Source of the DNA: Podarcis erhardii
Taxonomy: Eukaryota
Length of the DNA: 64,000 nucleotides
Direction: 5' to 3' (one strand)
Assembly: GCA_964252035.1 (NCBI GenBank)
Contig: OZ176213.1
Positions 48,101-64,000 of the stretch are shown piece after piece. The position numbers and the translations under genes are program-made. The notes beneath the pieces are model-generated. The model had not been told where the DNA came from. It made no database searches and worked only from the letters and a program-made list of their open reading frames with translations. Each line of letters begins with the position of its first letter. The stretch's first letter is position 1.

Positions 48101-51100
48101 TGCTGGCAACTGAGCCTGACTTCAACACTCTCAGCGGAGAGCTGGCTAGTTTTGGGGTTGTAGGACACAGCACCTCTTCTCCCAGTGCCTCTCTGACATT
48201 CAGCATCCACTGCCAGAAGCAGCGGCTTCCCTCTGCCTAACAGTAGGACCGGCCGTGGGCCTGGTGGATCCTGGAGCTCCTTTGATGTCCACACTGCTTC
48301 TCTGCTCTCTCCCAACCCCCACAGATCAAGAAGAGATGCAGAGTCCCAGACTTCCCACCCAGGCGTGTCCCCAACTGGATGACGAAAGTCCTGGAGCAGC
48401 GGCGGCAGGGCCTAGAAGCTTACCTCCAGGTAAGGATGCGAGGCTGGCAGCCAAGTTGAAAACAGCCTCCCTTCCTCCCCAGCCTGCTCTCACTGATCGT
48501 GGTTCATCTGTCTCCTGCAGGGCATTTTGCTATGCAATACAGAGCTTCCCAAGGAGCTTCTAGACTTCCTGAAACTCTGGCAGTTTGAGCAAGAGCACAA
48601 GGCAGATCTTGGGTGAGTGTCTGGGTGAGCCGGGGGGGGGGAGGAGATTGAGCAGGAGCAACACTTTCCCCCTTTGTGCCACCGTCTGGCGCAGGTGGGG
48701 AGAACCTTTGACCCTCCAGATGTTTCTCCAAACACCTCCGTAATCCAAACACCATGATGAGAATGCCAGGGCTAATTACCTCCATATCAGCCCTGAATTA
48801 CCGGCACGGCTGGGGTCCGGTCATGGGGGAGTCCGCCATTTCCCACCGCCGGAAACAGGAAGCTCCTGGCCCTCCAGATGTTTCTCAACTGCAATCCCAT
48901 CTGCTACAGCCAGTGGGTTGTCAGGGCCCAGGGCAAGGCAGGTATTGCGCCCCCCCTAACCCATGGTTCCTGCCAGGGCCAGGTGGCAATGGGGGTGGGG
49001 AAGGGTCTTACCAGCTGGGAGAGACAATCTGTGCCAGCGGTCACTTATTTTATTTTTTATTTAATGAAAAATTTACATGGCTTGATTTAAAACAAAACAA
49101 AACACACCCTCCAAACAGTCTTTCTTTTGAAATTTTGCATGCCCCCCCCCAAAAAGTTTGTGCAACAACCCCTCTGCCCCCCCCATGCTATGCCACTGGC
49201 TACAGCAAGTGTGCCCAGGGGCAAGAGGGAGTAGGAATTGTGGTTCATTAACACCTGGAGGGCTGAAGGCTCCCTATACCTGTTAGAACTCGACAGCAGC
49301 ATAGTAGTTTGAGACTGACTGTAGTTTTGTGATTCTTCCAGGACTACTCTACTTTCTTCTTTACAAAAAGCGCGGGGTATCTCACAATAACAGAATCTGA
49401 TGCAATGCAAAATATAATGCCCTGATTTTCTTTCTTCATTGTAAGTTATACGTACTGTGCTTTTCTCAAACATCCCTTTCCCTGCAAAATCCAGCGTGGC
49501 AGGTAAACTCTTGTTAGAGAGGGATGGGTAGCTGGTCTCTTTTTGACATTGTCCAGGCGCTTTCCTCCCGAAGGAGCTGCAGTCAAAACGCCAACTCACA
49601 CACACTGCCCTTGTGTTGATTTACAGACTTTTTGGGGCCTGGGCAATTGACAGCTAAGACCACATCTGCACTGCACATTTAAAGCACTTGTATTCCACCT
49701 TGACAGTCAAAGAATCTTGAGAACTGTAGTTTGTTAAGGGCGCGGAGAGTTATCAGGGGACTCTCATTTCTCCTTGCAAAGCTAAAATTCCCAGAGATCT
49801 TCAGGGAAGAGGGATTGATTGTTAAACCACTTGTGAGATTTGTAGATCAGTGAGGGAAATTGTTGGGTGGGTGGGTGTGTCCTAACAAACAACAGTTTGT
49901 TTTACCATAGAATTGTAGAGTTGGAAGGGACCACGGGGGTCATCTAGTCCAACCCCCTGCAATGCAGGAATATTTTGCCCAACGTGGAGCTCGAACCCAC
50001 AACCCTGAGATCATGAGCCGCGTGCTCTACCAAGTGAGGTCATGACTGTCAAAGCGCTCTAGGTATGCTTGAAGTGCATGATGTAGGTGCAGTTTGAATC
50101 TCAAGTACAGTGGTACCTTGGTTTAAGAACAGCTTAGTTTATGAACAACTTGGATTAAGAACGCTCCAAACCCGGAAGTGTTTTGGTTTGTGAACTTTGC
50201 CTCAGAAGCAGAACATGTTTCGCTTCCTGTTGAGTGTGTTCCATTTGTAAATTGAGTCCCCCGCTGCTATGGGAAAGCACGCCTTGGTTTGAGAATGCTT
50301 TGGTTGAAGAATGGACTTCCGGAACGGATTAGGTTCGTAAACCATGATACCACTGTAGAACCTGGGGTAGATTAGGGTTGTGTTGGTTCCAGCTGCCATC
50401 AGCCAGCATGGTCTGGGATGATGGGAGTCCTGCAATATTTGGAGGGCCACATGTTCCCCATCCCTGCCTTATAAGCTCCGAGAGCCACCCGTTTCCACAC
50501 ACCAGCTTCTGTATGGAAAGGCTGCCTTTGTTACCTCCACTGTTTGTGAACAGCCTGTCCTGCCGCACCCAATGTTCTTCCCTGGGCGACTTTTCCTCGC
50601 AGGACACAAGACAAGTGCTTCACTGCCCCAGTGCTTTGTTTCCACCGGTGGGAGGGAGTCAAAATAGTCCCAACAACAGAAGGGTCCAGCCTTTGTCTAC
50701 TTACTCCCCAGGGGATAAATGTGCTCATCCAGCCATGGAGGCTGGCATTTACTTTCTCGCTCCAGGGGAATGGGCACTCCCTGTGGCTTGCTTGCTGCTA
50801 CAAGCGGCAGGGAATGCTCTCCAAAGGGTCTGCTTTGTGCTCTTGCTGGCCAAGTTGCAAGTGCCTGTTCCTTTTGCAGAAACACAGAGCGCACCATCTT
50901 CCGGCACTGCAGCATAGTGGTAGAGCACCTGCTTTGTGTACAGATGGTCTCAGGCTCAATCCCCAGGTAGGGTTGGCCTGGAGAAAGGCTGCTGGTAGGC
51001 ATTATTGACTCAGTATAAGACAACTTCCTATGATCCTTTGTTCAGAGCAGCAGCATCTGCCCGATACAGAGTTAGGCCATTGGTCCAGTGTGGGGTGAGG

Positions 51101-52463
51101 CTCTCCTGTTTATTGCATTTTTAGCTTTCCTCTCCCTCTTAGGTTCAGGGTGGTGCATGTTGATCCTCCCTTCCGCACATGCATTTTATTCTCACAACCA
51201 CCTTGCGAAGTAGGCTAGGAGCTGAAATGGACAGATTCTAACCCAAACGGTGGGGCTCAATTCTCTTTGCAGCCCCGGTTACCTGCTGTCCCACCGGCCG
51301 GTCATAAGTTTCCAAAGTGATCCATACATCCTCCCGGCTTCCACAGGTAACGGCTTCCTAGTAAGGTTTTTGGAGTGGTGATGGAGGGGAGCAGAGCTCT
51401 GGGCTGGTTAAGGTCTGTTATCAAGCAAGGGTCTGGGCTGCATGTCAACACTTTACCCGATACAGAAACAATTTGTCATGTAGTTTTCGATATGGGTGAC
51501 AAGAGAGGCGGGGGTCCCTCACCTGCCATCCTGGACTGGCAGGATTGGGGGAGCGGATGGAAAGCAGTTGTTTTGCTGAAAGGCACCTGTGCAAAAACCA
51601 TTGCAGTGTTAAAGGTAAAGGTAAAGGGACCCCTGACCATTAGGTCCAGTCTTGGCTGACTCTGGGGTTGCGGCACTCATCTCACTTTATTGGCCAAGGG
51701 AGCTGGTGTACAGCTTCCGGGTCATGCAGCCAGCATGACTAAGCCGCTTCTGGCGAACCAGAGCAGTGCACGAAAACGCCATTTACCTTCCCGCTGGAGT
51801 GGTACCTATTTATCTACTTGCACTTTGACGTGCTTTCGAACTGCTAGGTTGGCAGGAGCAGGGACCGAGCAACGGGAGCTCACCCTGTCACGGGGATTGA
51901 ACTGCCGACCTTCTGATTGGCAAGTCCTAGGTTCTGTGGTTTAATCCACAGCGCCACCCGTGTCCCCTTATTGCAGTGTTAGAGATGCCCAAACACTCAG
52001 GTTTGGGGTAGTTAAGCAGCGTCTCCTGCAACAGGAGGAAGCGGTGGATGCTGAAATGATGAAACACGGGATCGCAGAGTCCTAACATGAGCCACTTTTG
52101 TGCTCTGGAACTGAACCGTGTGCTAGATCTTATCTGAATGCCAGGTTGAAGATGCCCCTTTGCCCTCTGCTGGGGGCGGCATTGTCCGTCGGCCCATCTC
52201 AGGGGGCTTAGCTTCCTAGGCCAGAAAGGGAAGACAGGAAGAGGCCTCGGGGGCTGCTTTCTGCTCCCACCTTTTAAGGGTTGATTGAATGGGTTGCCAC
52301 CGTTAATTCCCTCCTCTCCCTCTCAGACTTGCTTCCCGACGTGATCCTGAGTGGAGTGCTGCAGGGTTTCTATGCACCCCGGAGGAACTTCTGCCTGCAG
52401 TCAAAGCTCTTTGCGGCTCTGCCACCCACCGACTTGACATCCTCTCCTTTGCAACCGGCCTAG
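40585..52463 (+). CDS. SNX22: Sorting nexin-22 (PX domain), 6 coding exons found, 189 aa
   Basis: Exons 40585-40662, 46034-46117, 48325-48429, 48521-48612, 51273-51346, 52327-52463 (570 nt, in phase). Peptides [95 protein letters not shown]. The position between SNX1 and PPIB matches the known SNX1-SNX22-PPIB order and argues against the paralog SNX24. Confidence 0.92.
41491..41521. repeat. (GT)n microsatellite
   Basis: About 15 units. Confidence 0.95.
42521..42596. repeat. Local tandem duplication, period 41 bp
   Basis: CCTCC[T/C]CACCAGGAAAGAAAACCTACATCCAGAAC occurs twice. Confidence 0.85.
42970..43189. mobile_element. Tigger-like MITE (family A, reversed) nested in a tRNA-derived SINE
   Basis: TA-flanked TIRs; SINE sequence continues on both sides (~42800-42969, ~43190-43240). 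Confidence 0.85.
43590..43760 (-). mobile_element. CR1 LINE 3' fragment
   Basis: GAAGAGCCTGTTGGATCA..GGCCCATCTAGTTCAGCAT..GGCAATGAGTTCCA, typical reversed CR1 3' end. Confidence 0.55.
45142..45170. repeat. (AC)n microsatellite
   Basis: About 14 units. Confidence 0.95.
46362..46609. mobile_element. Tigger-like MITE (family A) with duplicated right TIR
   Basis: Element 46362-46587 + TA, followed by a second CTTAACCTGAGGTACCACTG at 46590-46609. Confidence 0.85.
46865..46910. repeat. Tandem duplication, 2 x 23 bp
   Basis: CTGTAGTTCTGTAGAACTGTATA occurs twice. Confidence 0.9.
49906..50038 (-). mobile_element. SINE with tRNA-Lys(CTT)-derived head and CR1-type tail
   Basis: Minus strand GGTAGAGCACGCGGCTCATGATCTCAGGGTTGTGGGTTCGAGCTCCACGTTGGGC is joined to CCTGCATTGCAGGGGGTTGGACTAGATGACC..TTCCAACTCTACAATTCTATG. 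Confidence 0.7.
50108..50355. mobile_element. Tigger-like MITE (family C)
   Basis: TA-CAGTGGTA...TACCACTG-TA. Confidence 0.8.
51612..51966 (-). mobile_element. Sauria SINE, full length
   Basis: TSD ATTGCAGTGTTA at 51600-51611 and 51970-51981. Confidence 0.9.
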
Positions 52464-53796
52464 GGAACGCTCAGAGGATCAAGTGCAGCTCTGTTCGTTT
52501 GTGGAAAAGCAACCGCCGGCTTCCTCCTTGCGTCGTACGTTGGAAAGAAAGGGGTTGGGGACAAGAAAGAAGTTGGGGGAGCCACTTCTTGAGGCAGGCA
52601 GTGGGAAGGAAATGCAGTAGGTTGCTTTGTTAGTCTGCTGAGCTCCAGTAGAGTGCAGCTAACACGGGCAGGGCTTGTTGCCACTTCTGGCAAGAGCTGT
52701 GGCTCTCAGGTGTTTCCAGGTGACAGCTCTTGTCAGCCCATGTGAGTGAGAAGCAGCTGCAAGTCAGGGAGGTACGCATGCCTTCCTCCAAGCTTCATGG
52801 GCTGGAAGCAAGAGCAGCACAACAGCAGCAGCTGGGGGCAGGTACTGACTCAGGTCAGGTGCTGACAATGCAAGATGCTCCTAGTGTTTGTGTGCACAGT
52901 GACGCCACATTGATAGTCTCCCAGCCTTCTGTCTAGTCCAAAGGGAGGCAGCAACTGCTCCCTCACCGCAGCGGCAAGAAACCACTGCCAACTTGGCATG
53001 GATCTGGTCCAGTTGGCACTTTAATGCAGGTGTAGCCAACGTGGTGCCATTCAGCTGCCAACAGCCCCCCAACTCCCATCAGCCCCAACCGGCTGTGGTC
53101 TAACAACACCCAGAGTGTAACAGCTTGGGGAAAGCTGCAATGATGTGACACAGGTAGCAGAGCCCTCCCAGAGGAGTCCGGGTTTTTCTACAGCATGGCG
53201 GGAAACCAGCAGCTCCTCTAAGCTATCCCAATAGTTTGGGTTATTCCTGCTGAAGATAACTGCTTTCTCAGTGAGGTAGATGGTCTACTTTAACAAAAAT
53301 GGCTATGCAATAAAAACACTTCCACTACAAATATTGAGTTGGTTTTGAAACTGCTGTAATTTGAGGGAGGGGGTGGAGGGGAGAAGAAGACAGTTTCTGA
53401 CATTGCCAGTGGGCTGGTTTGTGGACAAAGCTTCTTAAACCATGGTTTACTCTTACAGTGAATCAGTATGCTAGTGCTTGGGGGGTGGGGGGGTGGAGCT
53501 GAGCCAAATCATGGTTTAGTTGCAAGAGAGGCTTTGTCCTTCCTGCTCAGTTTGTGTTTGCGATGGCTTGGAATAAGCCCCTTTATAAACATACCCACCT
53601 TTCATGGGATGCTAGGATTGAACAGCCACTTGCCTTTGTGTTCCAAACAGGGAAGCAAAGAGCTTTCTGAACGAATTTGGCAATGGCTAACTTTCCTTGG
53701 GGAAGTAGTAAATTTGTGACATTTGCAATCTAGAATACCGCTCTGAATAAATGCTGGAAGTTTATGGTTGGGGTGGGAGCTTTACTAGCTGTAGCT

Positions 53797-53802
53797 AATA
53801 AA
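53797..53802 (+). terminator. Candidate distal SNX22 poly(A) signal (others at 53309 and 53746)
   Basis: AATAAA followed by CA dinucleotides and a U/GU-rich tract. Confidence 0.5.
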
Positions 53803-53842
53803 AACAACAACCAGGCAGTACTACAAAAACACAATGGACGCG

Positions 53843-53848
53843 TTTATT
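53843..53848 (-). terminator. PPIB poly(A) signal
   Basis: TTTATT on + (AATAAA on -), about 290 nt past the PPIB stop, followed on - by the GU-rich TGGTTGTTGTTTTT. Confidence 0.7.
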
Positions 53849-54133
53849 GGTCCATGTGCTTTCTTACAAAACGGAATGGGACACCCATTGCCCCCCACCC
53901 CACCCCTCATAGCCACTTGGGTGACCAGTGGCTGATGGAATGAGTTGTTAACAGGATGGAGACCCCACCCCCCCACCCCGAAGCATGTAGCTGGGGGAAG
54001 GGTGGACAGAAAGGGAGCAGCAGTGGCGGCAGTTCACCTGCTGTGGGACAGTGATGATGCGAGGCCTCCGTGAGTGTGTAGCCCCCTCGCAGCCCTTTGC
54101 AAGCCAGAGTCTGACCCTCCAGCGGCCTCCCGG

Positions 54134-62030
<7,897 letters not shown>

Positions 62031-62583
62031 CCGCCCCCTGCCCCTCTCGCTCGTCCTCCCCTCCCGCCTCCCCCGCGCGCAATGGTACAGCCCCGAGCCG
62101 GGCGGAGCGGAGTCCTGGGCGAGAGGGATTGGCCGCTTCCATCTCAGGAGAGGGGGAGGGAGGCCGTTCCCCACCCCCACCCCGGGGGGCGTCGGCGGCT
62201 CCTGCGACAAAGGAATGCCACGTTTCCAGCTTCCGATTGGGCGGCGAGCTCGGCCAATGGGAAGCGGGCACGAGAGGAGCCGGCGGCGGCGGCTGCGCGC
62301 CGGTTGGGCCAAGGGGCAGACAAAGGAGAGGAAGGACGCGCGGAGCGAGGACTACATTACCCAGCGAGCAGTGCGCGGCCGCCGGCGTCGCGCTCTTCGC
62401 TGAAGTTGCCGCCCTTCGCCTGTAGGGGGCAGTGCAACCATCTGCATAGGATGGAGGAGGGTGTTCTGTTTGTAGCCCTTTGGAAAAATGGTTGCGTGTT
62501 AAAGGATCAGACGTGTATAATTCCCATCCATAGCCAGATTTCCAGGGATCTGGCCCTGTTATGCTGCAGTCTTGTACACACTT

Positions 62584-63045
62584 TGTTGTTGTTGTTGTTT
62601 AGTCGTGTCCATCTCTTTGTGACCCCATGGACCAGAGCACACCAGGCACTCCTGTCTTCCACTGCCTCCCCCAGTTTGGTCAAACTCATGCTGGTAGCTT
62701 CGAGAACACTGTCCAACCATCTCGTCCTCTGCCGTCCCCTTCTCCTTGTGCCCTCCATCTTACCCAACATCAGGGTTTTTTCCAGGGAGTCTTCTCTTCT
62801 CATGAGGTGGCCAAAGTCTTGGAGCCTCAGCTTCAGGATCTGTCCTTCCAGTGAGCACTCAGGGCTGATTCCCTTCAGAATGGAGGTTTGATCTTCTTGC
62901 AGTCCATGGGACTCTGAAGAGTCTCCTCCAGCACCAGAATTCAAAAGCATCAATTCTTCGGCAATCCGCCTTCTTTCTGGTCCAGTTCTCACTTCCATAC
63001 ATCACTACTGGGAAAACCATAACTTTAACTATACGGACCTTTGTT
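62584..63045 (-). mobile_element. RTE/Bov-B LINE, 5'-truncated
   Basis: TKVRIVKVMVFPVVMYGSENWT..FWCWRRL and [25 protein letters not shown]; TSD TTGTACACACTT at 62572-62583 and 63044-63055. Confidence 0.92.
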
Positions 63046-63247
63046 GTACACACTTACCTGCTGCTTAGTGTGGCGTACTGCTACACACACAATGTATTTG
63101 CTCAATTCGGTGCAAACGGAGAAGCATGGAGCTATTAGATGCAAACTGGGTTTATGACTTACTTTGGCTTAAGACACTTGGCACACGGAGAAAGCAAAGG
63201 TATTAAAAAGCAAAGCAAAACATCTCAAAGATCCAGCTTATAAAAGG

Positions 63248-63594
63248 GTAAAGGCACCCCTGACCATTACGTCCAGTCGTGGCCAACTCTGGGGTTGCGG
63301 CGCTCATCTCGCTTTACTGGCCGAGGGAGCCGGAGTACAGCTTCCAGGTCATGTGGCCAGCATGACTAAGCCGCTTCTGGCCAACCAGAACAGCACACGG
63401 AAATTCGGTTTACCTTCCCGCCAGAGTGGTACTTCTTTATCTACTTGCACTTTGACGTGCTTTCGAACAGCTAGGTTGGCAGGAGCAGGGACTGAGCAAT
63501 GAGAGCTCACCCCATCGCGGGGATTCGAACTGCCGACCTTCTGATCAGCAAGTCCTAGGCTCTGTGGTTTAACCCACAGTGCCACCCACGTCCC
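63248..63594 (-). mobile_element. Sauria SINE, full length
   Basis: TSD CTTATAAAAGG at 63237-63247 and 63597-63607. Confidence 0.9.
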
Positions 63595-64000
63595 TTCTTA
63601 TAAAAGGTTATGCCCTAATAAAATCTGCCATAGCTATCCCTCAGGACTTGGAACAGGTTCACACTTCAGAGGATACGCCAGTCGTCCTTAATTAAGCAAC
63701 AAAAATAAATAAATGCCCGTGTGATCGTGACACAAACTCCCACTCACTAACACTAGGCAAGAGAATGAAAGAACCATGTCCCCCATCTCTCCTTCCCCGC
63801 CCCCCCAGCAACAAGGTATCTATGACAAAAGTGTCTCTCACTAAATGTAAACCAACTGAAGAAGTGTGAATCTGAAGAAGTGTGCATGCACACAAAAGCT
63901 CATACCAATAACAAACTTAGTTGGTCTCTAAGGTGCTACTGAAAGGATTTTTTTATTTTTTATTTTGTTTTAAACAAACTGTGAAAGACTATGAATTGAA

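Noticed and set aside
49977-50038. tRNA-Lys gene, and other tRNA-like heads
   Set aside because: The 5' acceptor strand and anticodon arm are degenerate and the sequence is fused to a CR1 tail; these are SINE heads, not tRNA genes.
63049-63061. Perfect CAG|GTAAGT donor on - upstream of PPIB (possible upstream exon)
   Set aside because: It overlaps the Bov-B TSD and flank, and no matching acceptor or ORF was found; a lone 9-mer is expected by chance.
62420-64000. 3' end of CSNK1G1, the next gene in the human order
   Set aside because: No recognisable coding sequence; the interval is mostly Bov-B and SINE, and the TTTATT near 63950 is in a simple repeat.

Overview
Vertebrate (squamate, most likely lacertid lizard) genomic DNA; no prokaryotic features. 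Taxon is inferred from Sauria-type SINEs with (ACCTTT)n tails and 5'-truncated RTE/Bov-B LINEs. Four spliced genes were rebuilt by hand, all with GT-AG introns and consistent reading phase: the 3' ten coding exons of PATL2 (+, 1334-10083, 5' part outside the window), SNX1 (+, 15 exons, 15159-36676, 509 aa), SNX22 (+, 6 exons found, 40585-52463, 189 aa) and PPIB/cyclophilin B (-, 5 exons, 62030-54134). There are three CpG-island promoters, two N gaps and a dense, often nested TE load: Sauria SINEs, Bov-B, L2, CR1 and L1 fragments, TA-flanked Tigger/pogo-like MITEs, hAT MITEs and two probable solo LTRs. The most notable items are a SINE insertion with a perfect 50-bp inverted copy of its own flank (106-bp hairpin), a solo LTR carrying seven CCAAT boxes next to the SNX1 promoter, head-on poly(A) signals of SNX22 and PPIB 40 nt apart, an unexplained ~95-bp element present twice in PPIB introns, and ERSE-like motifs at PPIB. 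I found no clearly novel protein-coding system. Gene and family names come from recalled sequence similarity, not database searches.
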